Source of the DNA: Candidatus Obscuribacteraceae bacterium
Lineage (GTDB): Bacteria > Cyanobacteriota > Vampirovibrionia > Obscuribacterales > Obscuribacteraceae
Direction: 5' to 3'
DNA length: 64,000 bases
Assembly: GCA_044226015.1 (NCBI GenBank)
Contig: JBGAHS010000004.1
Span: 480,001 to 544,000, forward strand
This document shows positions 12,001 to 18,922 of this stretch, piece by piece. Below the pieces are notes generated by a model that saw only the letters and a program-made list of their open reading frames with translations, was not told the origin of the DNA and made no database searches. Position numbers and translations under genes: made by a program. Each line of letters starts with the position of its first letter. The stretch's first letter is position 1.

Positions 12001-13699
12001 CAATGGATGTTGAAGATGTGGGGAAAAGAACCTGACCACCTTTTGAACCATTGCTTAATGCAACTAGTGTTACCTTGCCAGAGAAATTAGTGGGCGAGCT
12101 TGTGTCAATAACGGTACTTGCTGTGCTTGTTGTGAAGTCTATATTTCCACCGCTTGTACTTGAGACAGATACATCATTTATTGTGATTGAACCATTGGCT
12201 GCGGTTGGGAACTGGTTTGTTCCTGAGTAAGAGGAAATTTTCGCACCTGCTATGAGCACAACACTGCCGCCATGGTTGACAATTTGTGCTGTGCTGTCGC
12301 CTGTTATATTTCCGCTAGCGATAATCGCGAGCGGTTCATTGGTCGCAGTAACATCCATCACACCGCTGATACTGATACTACCCGCGGTGTTAACATAGAG
12401 GGGGTCACCTTTGATCGAATTGTTTCCCAGGTGCAGCAATGGTGTGCTTGCAATGAAGTGGGCAGCATTTCCGCTAGTATTGAGGCATCCAGTCAATTCG
12501 CCAACGGTACCGGTAATCGCTCCGGTGCCTGCAAAAATGTTCAGGGTTTTTGACAGGTAGTCTCCGCCGGTCATGTTGATGTTCGTCGCTGCTTTGTAAG
12601 CAGCATCTCTTATATTGATGTCCCCCATTAGCGCTTTGAATGTTCCTGCTGTCGCCAAAATATTCAAATCGGTCAATGTGTTGGCACTGGCAATGTTTAT
12701 ATTGCCTGCTAATGCCTGTGCAAGCCCGGCGTTGACTATGTAACCGTTGCCAGCGCTCATTGAGAGATCCGTCGCCGCCGACATCACTGGCTGCTGCCCG
12801 CCGCCAGAGCTGAGATTGGAGATGGCACCGTAGGTAGTGCTCAAGTTTAGCGAGCCGCTACTCGAAATGGTTCCATAATTAGTTATATTGTTGAGTGCGT
12901 GTAGTGCAAGATTTATTGAATTAGCATAGCCCATAGAGGAAAATGCCCCAGCAGAGAAGTCGCTGCTGATCAATCCTGTGGGTAGGTTGTTGATCTCGCT
13001 TGCGCTCAATCTGGCAGAGTTGCCAGCGATGCTTTGTGGTGCAACGTAAATGGAGCCATAGTTGATGATGTCTGTTGCTCTGAAAGGATTGTGATTTGTA
13101 CTCACGCTCAAAGCGGAGACGTTCTGTGGAATGACAATTTCGTTAACTCGAGGACTTATCACGGAGTTCAAAGAAAAAGTACCGCCAGTAGCGGTACCAG
13201 TCTGTGTTAAGTTCAATGTCTGAGCTGTTCCTGTTAAGACCTGTTTTGCCGCGACAAAAATACCCGCGGTCACCAGTTGCCCGGGCACGAAAGTTTGGGG
13301 ATTGCCGCCCACGTTTAGAGTTACCGACGCCGCAGTACCGAACAATTGACTGCTCAACACAACATTCGTTGCGACCGACCCAAGGTCGAGGCTTCTTCCA
13401 GCGTTCAGCCCCGCTATCGAACCTATGTTCAATGCTGGTGAACTGTTGCTCTGACTGTTTCCTGCGACATTCACTGAGCCCTGGAAATGCAGTGGAGTCG
13501 CTGTTGTCTGCAAGTAGGCGCGTTGCCCAGTAGCTTGGGCACCTGGTCTTGCTGATGTAGCATCCTGGGCTAGTGCAGGCGCTGCCATTGGGGCAAGCAT
13601 GAAGAGGGTAGGAAGCGCAGCCTTTCTCTGCCATCCTCCAGAATTAGCCGAAAAGGATTTAGTAGCAGTAGCTCTCTGCTTCGACTTCTTGTTCTTCAT
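1..13699 (-). CDS. Giant secreted beta-helical/Gly-rich exoprotein (filamentous-haemagglutinin-like adhesin), at least 4566 aa, 3' end outside window
   Basis: ATG at 13699-13697 after AAGGTAAGAAA. Reads MKNKKSKQRATATKSFSANSGGWQRKAALPTLFMLAPMAAPALAQD (signal-peptide-like, ALA|Q). The ORF track lists no terminated minus ORF in this frame, all Pro/Val/Leu-rich plus-strand shadow ORFs from 3 to 13781 share one register, and spot translations at ~600, ~8800 and ~11000 are open. Product is G/S/T/N/A/I/V-rich. Confidence 0.9.
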   Translation of the reverse strand, partial: MKNKKSKQRATATKSFSANSGGWQRKAALPTLFMLAPMAAPALAQDATSARPGAQATGQRAYLQTTATPLHFQGSVNVAGNSQSNSSPALNIGSIAGLNAGRSLDLGSVATNVVLSSQLFGTAASVTLNVGGNPQTFVPGQLVTAGIFVAAKQVLTGTAQTLNLTQTGTATGGTFSLNSVISPRVNEIVIPQNVSALSVSTNHNPFRATDIINYGSIYVAPQSIAGNSARLSASEINNLPTGLISSDFSAGAFSSMGYANSINLALHALNNITNYGTISSSGSLNLSTTYGAISNLSSGGGQQPVMSAATDLSMSAGNGYIVNAGLAQALAGNINIASANTLTDLNILATAGTFKALMGDINIRDAAYKAATNINMTGGDYLSKTLNIFAGTGAITGTVGELTGCLNTSGNAAHFIASTPLLHLGNNSIKGDPLYVNTAGSISISGVMDVTATNEPLAIIASGNITGDSTAQIVNHGGSVVLIAGAKISSYSGTNQFPTAANGSITINDVSVSSTSGGNIDFTTSTASTVIDTSSPTNFSGKVTLVALSNGSKGGQVLFPTSSTSIDASSPGSISSSVLVLANSTSGGTSISLGKISTASAGIGGSVDIFTQAPAAAALSFDATGNITGSITPSGSNVGNQSIVLGTITTSGAGAAATSGAGATGGDAAPITISASKNVTVNGSLLAFGGGGSGGAGTTVAKQVFKGGQGGVGSSISVNAGGSINVSGDINTSGGGGGGGGAAGTTGDGAPGGLGGGAGSITVQSQTGDVFIGGSLYAAAGGNGGSGGTAGTGVAGGGGGGGSFGGGGGAGGGTGALVAGTGGGGGAGYTVLTGPDAFVAAGGGGAGGSGVGVINNGGGGGGAFGPGKGGVSSDPTVGADGGDGGTGIGFGIPGLQAGGDGGNYSGSTLQPGLGGVFFAIPLAGLGGLSSSSVGGAGGSSGGGGSSPVNGQNVQISAASGGDIVVTGGSLSIGSAAENLGNLGAASVYGNNIFLLSTSSSKGSTGITLGKLYDSGTGSYTGISLNSTGKNLTLISAGDISYSAIYSEGQSTDFTMIAGANVSISKGLTTIDLSSASSLGGSILSPGSAPSYGVINTRGGNFTQVAMSNSSTGAGGIVSFGNSLSLFSILYTTGDLKSGNILILGDHKTTTFTNSTTDDLTLVLPNMSTGGAVAGNIQIFAQAPAAGLLSVDSSGKVIGTITNSGKAIDQSKISLSFLTSSGRAGMSPTSANGEDGGNAGNISIQANFIQINGTILATGGGGGGGYGSTNVGFDGGKGGNGGNITIDAAGLAIGSFSGFATNSLAISSSGGGGGGGGGGFGSGGVGGAGGKAGSITINANGTVTNYPMTGETSIGFLSLNADLFAMDGGAGGDGGMGFVLGSGSGGGGGAAFGGNGGGGGGAGSAVNLTVSNGTGGGGGAAGGTFKTGFFTSTGFNGYSGGGGGGGGIKGSPSQGGSGAGYVGSSNLTITGPGFLLSSDGLGGSAGGDNTAGAAGGIGSSTGGGIGGTHDGITAAAGGDATTGSGGQGGTGVPILSGPGQNGSSSPFGPGNNGKISLSADSMILLFAIPFITPSLPSAFGGNVTVNAGSLEGDTGSPFAPSTVLQVTATNSADLTVVEGKLASYMAFHTPLLNVQLAGGSTPLERTLFTPSSGLGGGIPFVSGVNDSSAVTLNLSSDVDVTISGSGAVQLGNVSAPAFNITVTSAPLGGLFFGGAPDPDAPIAGSITILAGSKVDAGTVGLVAFSTTKAMASVSQQDPLTQFPITTSTLQLGIGDVPGGLNGNISVAAQSKTGNIDLTANTLGTAKIATVGPTSIVNSDINYLGVPVPQTNSAASFTLNTKADSNGNGAITIGASSTLTANTVVLSADSAITGSGGINQLDPLSLTTVFAKDMSFSSLGTSSAPGANDIHLNYSSSDKLAIVAVHSGGDATLANADGATQLNASTVTGNLSLDLQGILETKGNLTVGGDLLINAVGLSNQYYVSAASVTLNGNGSGLTTLSNGGDQLTSGVIEATGNNGNITVNSSLNSSISVDSGTSSNGLLKVSGPGAPQITFNLLSSNAASPATILFAGNQNFDGSTILKAAGANQAVVVDDKVLAKGNALVWIQSTKYIQVGSGQIIGNPLIFGSPGSAGTIANSGGNVTLPSNLTFAGSNLAILASGSINGTGLTSINLSGAFAGNLTMIAGYNFTPATSGQVGPVATNFTISGPSTGGSINLANVSINLSSLPQPSGSSAGNLIAIAHGGNITLGSIDASANGTNGIAGAVTIIGQNGVTVGSVKTTGTYAGAVSLSAADSQTLGTTVIGGGKILTGGFGAISGTFNNNIALNGNISAGASSVTVTTGNTGAITSSPGVVITASEVTLSSGTGGIGTAGTPISSNAALISANSTGDVYLATSTKTVSLGASSGNIFQLTSTSLGSTVTLAGALAANDVTFKSTSNGSFVLAAAIAGLNGGDSQKVVINANGTGSLTDLFQGAPTISATALQLSSGTGSFGTKANPLQINASTLKASTGNLTVGGGVYINDLNSGPVTINGLSSGINNSSIVYKGQASTLTISGQIAGNAISIDNDGAVDVTNKISGNGAVSVQAAGKLSTSSSIDGQTISLVTAAGSAGSLSIGGPLTSVGDIIVNSDGNISTTSTVTGSNITMTNTGSNGFVSIGGTITGTGLVSVMAKGNISSISSINGNGISLQTSAGSSGSVDLGGTLNSTAAINILSDSSISTSGSIVGTAITIANTGTSGTSKIGGPITGSGAVNITSKGALTTASTINGATVTLSTSPGSSGSIQIDGTVSGSADVTISSDNSIVTSGSIQSSAGNILLQNLGSSGSLTLGGPLSASKGSITAAGKGSLSSSSNVSGSSISISTATGSSGSVTLAGTLSSSGTVSIQSDNGITTTGSIKGVDINLKNSGNSGGAVLAGPIVGTGIVSVDAKGNILVTSDLSGSALSLTTQAGSSGSINLGGTTKSSTGITLVADNNISTTGTLDAGGQISVNTSGSITIGGTVNASGSVTASSKGTLKVNNPVSSSDTVNLSAQGNIDVSASVSGLNVLLTTVPGSNGNIIISANVSATDSNTANTGVSVIADGVGSITQTTGVISTAGSAISVQSNSGVIGTTTNPITLLSPTISANTSGNVFVLALSGLTVLNSSTGNNFNLTTTGDLSIPGFSGISANYVNLATLNDGDIIINGSINGTGGPTTNALAVSLNLSGKGTAQGFGSILANDLTLTAVSGDFGDSIFPLNTNAQTIKANTQGSIAINDTGAGTTTLLASTGNNLVLDASKIVIGAASNFAGTAVFNTSDFTNPAGTTFTAANIEINGLSFSPLTIKNGGTLVSTAADGHIAIASSNDQSLFIGNAGGPTPGAMQVTGGGLAEITLSAVGTSAASNNDIIFTGNQNFFGNTVMDASTGLGQVVQVNSGVTIQGFQAVTVLSNDLILNGVLIGNPLIFNSPSGAGTIANSQGDVLLSSDLIFQGQSLAIIASNNVLVTNPLGILIDLSNSSSSVNLGKGGTLSVLAGFNFSPATGGQVGPSGAVYAIANNPNAAGGSISLGSATIKTGTSVDGANSGSVLAAAHAGSQNNGSVTLGSIDTSNTGIGGAAGSVTVVAQGGATLGAITTTGSTDGSISVSAATPEIIGTISDQNGNFTGGGFVQPTPTTFSGNIVLSGISAGSASVTATTGAAGNITINDKSNISAGPVALTSGASGGLAIGKSVSLKSSTLTISAGSLGVAQGDNNSILDAPVLVVNTAGGDIGSKSQPLNITATTLTASAANNASVYLYDSANTDINLVNSGVLSNSSGNVFSLVALNPSGTNTKSGGGAQINAPHIVVESLNGNLDVAVNSAIANSIDFKALNGNIALSNSSISVVPDSSGNGGSISLNSATLTYTGSGLSALVLSANATGTGNGGKVSFVTSGTATFSIGKLAGNIIINATGGSVGSNAGNGGTAVVSTGGSLNFDPTQLNIVPSGNNGDGGKLSLNAGTVLSNAILNINTSSITENGVGIGNGGSVEITAPNVTYQNSGTLPLTLTANGGNSGNGGLISYITTSTSPLTVGSGSNSLNIAASSGTTGGNGGTVTVSTGGALTVAPENISAGPLGTSGAGATINLLAGNLLANSPLIVTGNLSAAAKGSAVGGTINLQSNSTTPFVILQATLPANNGTYGVLSVAGNAGNGSITVKNLSGGVTLSTTVRGPANNPALNAVSNLTFEAGAGDIIINSSIGKTGTTSVSLKAQGNITKSNAALLSSNKLTLEATTGSIGTTTTAFKTTANNLAVIAGQVANISNTSTALTLGASKASSASTFTLVNTGSITSTGDITAGSVKLTSGSNANIAIGGNITAQAATGSVSLTAGGKGSIFNQFASGLDRITGSSIVLKSTSGSIGLVGTSPVALRVTSGSITPTTSGSVNIDNASTAPLTIAGSASKSEVRLVTQGSLTISKPITAAKAISLATGNNGTIAINANLGGTNTTVVTVNAGGSGNISTAKSSVIISGKQSITLTSGSGNIGAGTTVTTAISTKTPLLSANTSGTGVVNLSDSIAGTLASSGSGGSFTLTGNNSLTIGKLST
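4690..5950 (-). repeat. About 4.5-5 degenerate ~85-aa beta-helix repeats within the giant gene
   Basis: GSAGSLSIGG, AGSSGSVDLGG, PGSSGSIQIDG, TGSSGSVTLAG and AGSSGSINLGG recur at ~255-265 nt spacing, each followed by SD(N/S/G)xI and KG(N/A/S/T)(I/L). Confidence 0.75.
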
Positions 13700-14112
13700 T
13701 TTCTTACCTTTCAAAACCACGAAACTCGCCAGGGTTAAAAACATAAGTCACACCAATGGGCAGACCATTGGCAGCTTATAGAATCCGACCCTGACTCCAT
13801 AGTCGACAGTGTAAATACTTTCAGAGATGTTGTCTATAAGTCGCGCTGGGGGTTTTCCCGTAAACAATATCCAACAGAGCTGGTTTTCAAGATGTGTTCA
13901 CCCTTTCATTGAATGTCGAGCTAGTTTAAATTTTTGTGACTGTTGGCTGCTTTACATTATTTAGTCAGCTTCTACGACTTCCATAGATACGGACTGTCTA
14001 GTCTTTCAGTCCACGTCAATGGTCCAGGAGTGAAAATGAACAAGTCAAAAATGTTGCATTCGGCAGTTCAGAGTGACCAAAACAGAACCCAGGCAAAGTT
14101 CAGAATCGATCC

Positions 14113-14721
14113 TCAACCACAATAGAGCTTCTCAGCAAGAATGATCTCATTCACCGCAGGTGATACCATGTACATAATTGTTTTGCCCGACTTTCTGCGC
14201 TCTCTGATAGTGGTGCTTGATACGGGGACTCTTGGAAAATCGATGAGATCGAATTCAGTTCCTTCAGGAACTTCTTTGATGACTTCGTCTCTGCTGACAG
14301 TAGAATGTCTGGTCGCAATCAAGAAACGACATATCTCAAAGAGTTCATTGGAATCGTGCCACTCTTTGAGGTGTGGTAGGTTGTCCTGACCTACCAGGAA
14401 ATTCAATCTGAGTTCAGCTCCCGAGGTCTTATTTTGTTCAAGATCTCTGATCTGTTTTAGAGTGTCTACTGTGTACGAGGGTCCACTTCTGTCGAGTTCA
14501 ATTCTCGATGCTTCAAAGTGAGGATTAGTTTTGCACGCTGCCACTACGAGCCGATGTCTTATCTCAGCGTCTAACAATTTATCGTTGCGGTGAGGTGGAT
14601 TCGGGCTGGTGACAACGAATACTTTGCTCAACTTGAACTGATCTCTGGCGAACTCAGCAAGCATTAAATGACCCCAATGGATAGGGTTGAATGTTCCACA
14701 AAAAACGCCAATTTCTATCAA
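14113..14721 (-). CDS. nadD: Nicotinate-nucleotide adenylyltransferase
   Basis: IGVFCGTFNPIHWGH (HxGH), SYTVDTL, GQDNL..W and VSSTTIRER motifs. Confidence 0.95.
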   Translation of the reverse strand: MIEIGVFCGTFNPIHWGHLMLAEFARDQFKLSKVFVVTSPNPPHRNDKLLDAEIRHRLVVAACKTNPHFEASRIELDRSGPSYTVDTLKQIRDLEQNKTSGAELRLNFLVGQDNLPHLKEWHDSNELFEICRFLIATRHSTVSRDEVIKEVPEGTEFDLIDFPRVPVSSTTIRERRKSGKTIMYMVSPAVNEIILAEKLYCG

Positions 14722-14807
14722 AGTTTCCTCAGCCTTTTGTCTCTATTGCGCCATCAAATATAGTGGCAATATCACCGCTAGTATTCGCGTTTAAAAGATC
14801 GCGGTTG

Positions 14808-16025
14808 TTATTCATCTATTTGTTCGGCATCACCTACGGTGCCCTTATTGCTTGTCTCGCCAGTCGTGAATTTCACAGGGCGCGTATACATTCTGGGCAT
14901 TCTAGCTCGTAATCGGCAAGCCAGTTCGTAGGTGATTGTATCAAGCAGGTTTGCCCAGCTAGCAAGATGAAGTTGAGGACTGCCAACTTCATTTGATTCT
15001 GAGCCAATCAATGTCAATACGTCCCCCTCTTGAGCTTCAGGCACATCTGTAACGTCAAATAGCATTTGGTCCATGCTTATTAACCCTACCTGATTCACTA
15101 ATTTGCCCATAAGTAGAGCCTGTAGCTTATTCGACAAACCGCGGTCTATGCCGTCTGCGTAACCGATCGGAATGGAAGCGATTTTGCTTTTGCGCTTTGC
15201 TATCCACGTCAAGTTGTAACCAACAGACTCTCCAGCTTCAATTTCCTGAACCTGGTTGATCCGCCCGCGCACTGACATCACCGGCTCCACAACATCAGAA
15301 ACGACTCTGGGCTCGAGACCATACAAATATAGTCCGACTCTTACCATGTCGAAGTGAGTTTGAGGAAATCGCCGCGCGGCGTCCCCTGATGCTGTATGCA
15401 GAATACGAGGCGTCAGCCCTTCTGACTTTAGACTCTTCACAGCTTCCTCAAAAATTCCATTCTGATATATGGTGAAACTTTCCTCGTCGGCTTTCGCAAA
15501 ATGTGAGAATGCGCCTTCGAGATCCACAAGTTCTTCGTGCTTCTTTATTGTTGAAGCTAGCTCAGGGATTTTTTCCGGGGCTATTCCAAGGCGATGCATG
15601 CCTGTGTCTATCTTTAAATGGAGTCGAGCCCGTCGATTTTGGCGTTGGCATATTGAGGCGATATCGTCTATCTGTGATGAATTTGTTACCGTCAAAGTTA
15701 AATTCGCCTCGAGGGCAGAGGCAATTGCCCAGGCTGGACACGGCGAGAGCAATAATATAGGTAGATTAAACCCCAAATCCCTTAGCTGGCGCCCCTCATC
15801 GACGGAGGCGACACCCAGCCAATCCGCGCCGCACGCTACCAGCACGTCGGCCACACCCGCTGCACCATGCCCATAAGCATCACTCTTAACAACTGCCATC
15901 AAGAGGCTGTTATGCTTCAACCATGAACGGATTACAGCAATGTTACGCTCGATTGCGTTGAGATCTACTTCCAGCCAGGCATCCCGTCTGAGCGAGGAAA
16001 TCAGGGGTTGTCGATGCGAAAGCAT
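14808..16025 (-). CDS. alr: Alanine racemase
   Basis: AVVKSDAYGHG PLP-lysine motif, HLKIDTGMHRLG, GYADG, SMDQ, TITYELAC. Confidence 0.96.
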   Translation of the reverse strand: MLSHRQPLISSLRRDAWLEVDLNAIERNIAVIRSWLKHNSLLMAVVKSDAYGHGAAGVADVLVACGADWLGVASVDEGRQLRDLGFNLPILLLSPCPAWAIASALEANLTLTVTNSSQIDDIASICQRQNRRARLHLKIDTGMHRLGIAPEKIPELASTIKKHEELVDLEGAFSHFAKADEESFTIYQNGIFEEAVKSLKSEGLTPRILHTASGDAARRFPQTHFDMVRVGLYLYGLEPRVVSDVVEPVMSVRGRINQVQEIEAGESVGYNLTWIAKRKSKIASIPIGYADGIDRGLSNKLQALLMGKLVNQVGLISMDQMLFDVTDVPEAQEGDVLTLIGSESNEVGSPQLHLASWANLLDTITYELACRLRARMPRMYTRPVKFTTGETSNKGTVGDAEQIDE

Positions 16026-16224
16026 TAGTAAACTCTCTGGTTGAAAAGCTTTGTCTCACCGAAGTTTATGCTAGCATAAGGCTTCGTGATCACACTTGAT
16101 AGCCAATGTGGTTTATCTTCAAAAAAGATTCGCTACACCGGGTTATCGGCTCTTGAAAAAGAACGATAGTGAGATCAATTTTGTAGGTATCCCGTAAACT
16201 GGGTTAGATGTGGGGTTAACTGCC

Positions 16225-16506
16225 TTGAATAAAGCTGATTTGGTAGATGTAGTTGCTAAGGAAGCCGGCACCACCAAGAAGGATGCTGAAACCGTGATCA
16301 ACATCATGATGGAAACCATCATTAAGACTGTTGCTCAAAACGATAAGGTTACCCTTGTCGGTTTTGGAACCTTCGAAGCTCGCCAGCGCAAAGCTCGTAC
16401 AGGTCGCAATCCTAAGACCAACGAGCCAATCCAAATTCCCGCCAAGAGAGTTGCCGGATTCCGCGTAGGTAAGGAATTCAGCGAAGCTGTGAACAAGAAG
16501 CGCTAA
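16225..16506 (+). CDS. hup: Histone-like DNA-binding protein HU
   Basis: TTG start gives MNKADLVD...VTLVGFGTFEARQRKARTGRNPKT. Confidence 0.95.
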   Translation: MNKADLVDVVAKEAGTTKKDAETVINIMMETIIKTVAQNDKVTLVGFGTFEARQRKARTGRNPKTNEPIQIPAKRVAGFRVGKEFSEAVNKKR

Positions 16507-16636
16507 TCACGCAACTTGAAATCACTCTAAGCTGAGTCTCTGGTTTCGCAGTCGTGGTCGCTTGAGTCACGGTCAAGTGCTAGACTAGCATCTTGCTGTA
16601 CGAAAGCGCACACATATCTGACGGAGCACCTGAAAC

Positions 16637-17611
16637 TTGGAATCCTCGAAAGTAGCTGTCATCGGCGTAGGTAATTGGGGAAAAAACCTTGTCAGAAATT
16701 TCGCCAATCTTGGCGTACTGGCGATGGTTTGTGACCAGGACGCAAATAGGTTAGCTGCTGTGCAGAAGGAACATGGTTCCGTCCGCGTCAGTACTGATCG
16801 ACATGCTGTTCTGAACGATAAAGAAATTAAGGCTGTCGTTGTGGCTACGCCCAGCGACAGCCATTTTCCTATCGCGAAAGAAGCCTTGCTCGCCGGCAAG
16901 CACGTATATGTAGAAAAGCCTATGGCGCGCGATGTAAAGCACGCTGAAGAGCTTGATGCGCTGGCTACAGAACGAAACCTCGTTCTGATGGTCGGACATT
17001 TGCTTTTGTATCATCCTGCCGTCAACTGTCTTAGGGATTTGATCTCCTCGGGAGAGTTGGGCGAGTTGCGGTTTATTCGTTCAGACCGAATGAACTACAA
17101 CCTTAACCGCAGAGATTGGAGCGTTTTGTGGGACTTAGCCCCACACGACATTTCAATGATGAGCTATATAGTCAATTGCGAAAGCGTTGATGCTGATCGT
17201 GTCGGCGGTTGGGATGCAGAAGGTCAGGGCATCATCGATGTCGCTTATCTTGACCTTCATTTTAGATTGCAAGGCGGTAGAACCATTCCGGGACAGATTC
17301 GCAACAGCTGGATCGACCCGCAGAAATTGGTTCGGCTTACTGTCAATGGCAGCCTGAAGACAGCCGTGTTGAACGACCATCAGGCGGACAACAAGCTATC
17401 ACTTCACAGTCTGACGAAGTCTGGACGTATGCTGGTGGAATATCCCGAATATTCCGACCTGGAACCTTTGCATCTCGAGTGCGAGCACTTCTTGAAGTGC
17501 GTTAGCACCGGGCAGCGACCACGGACAGATGCCAATAATGCTTATCAGGTCTTGAAAGTACTTTCCGACGTTGAAGAGCGTCTCTCAAGACGCCCTGCCC
17601 TCAAGGCATAG
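16637..17611 (+). CDS. Gfo/Idh/MocA-family NAD-dependent oxidoreductase (possibly a nucleotide-sugar dehydrogenase)
   Basis: VAVIGVGNWG Rossmann motif, GKHVYVEKP, MVGH, WDLAPHD. Confidence 0.88.
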   Translation: MESSKVAVIGVGNWGKNLVRNFANLGVLAMVCDQDANRLAAVQKEHGSVRVSTDRHAVLNDKEIKAVVVATPSDSHFPIAKEALLAGKHVYVEKPMARDVKHAEELDALATERNLVLMVGHLLLYHPAVNCLRDLISSGELGELRFIRSDRMNYNLNRRDWSVLWDLAPHDISMMSYIVNCESVDADRVGGWDAEGQGIIDVAYLDLHFRLQGGRTIPGQIRNSWIDPQKLVRLTVNGSLKTAVLNDHQADNKLSLHSLTKSGRMLVEYPEYSDLEPLHLECEHFLKCVSTGQRPRTDANNAYQVLKVLSDVEERLSRRPALKA

Positions 17612-17653
17612 AGCGCTGCGTTAAGTTACTTAGCTGAATATTCACCTCAAGAA

Positions 17654-17683
17654 TTGATCGAGCTTTTGAGTTTGCCATATAAT
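17654..17683 (+). promoter_or_regulatory. Putative sigma70 promoter of tRNA-Gly
   Basis: TTGATC-18 nt-TATAAT, ending 14 nt before the tRNA. Confidence 0.55.
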
Positions 17684-17697
17684 TGAGAATCTGAATT

Positions 17698-17772
<75 letters not shown>

Positions 17773-18054
17773 TTTATTTCTTACGTCATGTGTCGAGTGT
17801 TGTGGTTGCAGCACTCGTTTTGACATTTTAGCCCTGCTGCTTGTTTGAAGCCTCTGCTCGTTGCTGCAGCGTCCGTGCACTTTCTATATATCCGATGGAT
17901 AGAAGTCAAAGGAATTGCTTGCAGCATGCTTCAACAATTTGCTGTTGCATTCCTTTTCTGTTCCATAAACTCGATTACTCGGGTAAAGTAATGACATTAA
18001 TGTCTGAGTGTTTTCTCTCAGACCCTTAACATGAGTCCGCCTGGGAGGCAAAAG

Positions 18055-18525
18055 ATGAGCGACACAGAAGGTAAGCCTCAAGAAGACGCAGCCAAAAGCG
18101 CGGAGTCTAAGAAGGCTGCTATTGATTCGGTCGTTAATCGAAGAACGCGATGGCTTAGTAGTTTTGCTGCGCTCAAATATGTCAACAGCGTTCAAAGAGA
18201 TGAAGAAATCAAAGTTCGAGACAGTGACAAAGCCACTGCGATTTCTTTGGTTTTTTGCTGCGCGGGAATGTTGGTTTGCATCGTAGTCCCCGGATTTGAA
18301 GCGCATCGCGTCACCTTTATGTTGGCCGCTGATGCCCTGGTTGGACTCTCATTATTGATGTATGTGGCAAACAGATTTGGCATTGTCACTACTTTTGCCC
18401 CAAGACAAGCCCTTCTCACCTGGCAACTGATGTTGGGTTCGAGTTTGTTGGGAATATTCATGACCATAAATTTGGCTATGATAATTGCTTCTATTATTCA
18501 AAATTCCAAATTCCTGGCGCTCTAA
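18055..18525 (+). CDS. Hypothetical integral membrane protein (~3-4 TM segments)
   Basis: GGGAGG SD before ATG 18055; charged N-terminus followed by hydrophobic segments. Confidence 0.75.
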   Translation: MSDTEGKPQEDAAKSAESKKAAIDSVVNRRTRWLSSFAALKYVNSVQRDEEIKVRDSDKATAISLVFCCAGMLVCIVVPGFEAHRVTFMLAADALVGLSLLMYVANRFGIVTTFAPRQALLTWQLMLGSSLLGIFMTINLAMIIASIIQNSKFLAL

Positions 18526-18922
18526 TTCGACCACCTGTGCCGCTTTTGTTGCTGCGGAATATTCTTGAACTGCCAGAATGTTTTCTCTTGGGCACTCGTT
18601 TGGGGGCGAACGGCGTCGAAGAACCATTACTAGCAAGCAGTAATTTGAAAGATTAGCAAAGGATATTAACTGGATATTGTCTCGATCCGTTTTCTTGCGG
18701 GTTTTGCTGCTTGGGTGGCTTAGGTAAAGCAAATGCTAAAGAAAACCGCCGATTCATTCGAGCACCTTTGCCTGAGGTGTTAGAATCGCCCTTTGGATTC
18801 GTGTACCCAGAGCTAATTTTGGCTGGCGAGCAGCCCTTTAGAAGCAGGAAATCGAGTCGCTACCGGCAGGCTCGCGTATCAATGTCGGATCGTCAAGCAA
18901 GATTGAAGGAAAAGGTCGGACC

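Noticed and set aside
3..13781. Dozens of plus-strand ORFs rich in P/V/L/M
   Set aside because: Antisense shadows of the giant minus-strand gene; the long ones share one register and mirror Gly/Ser/Asn codons.
13740..13810. GTCAC...GGGCAGACCATT resembling the 5' part of a c-di-GMP-I riboswitch
   Set aside because: Wrong strand for the giant gene and lacks the GAAA-loop/GGGACGCAAA core; only a 7-bp hairpin (CCAATGG/CCATTGG) is supported.
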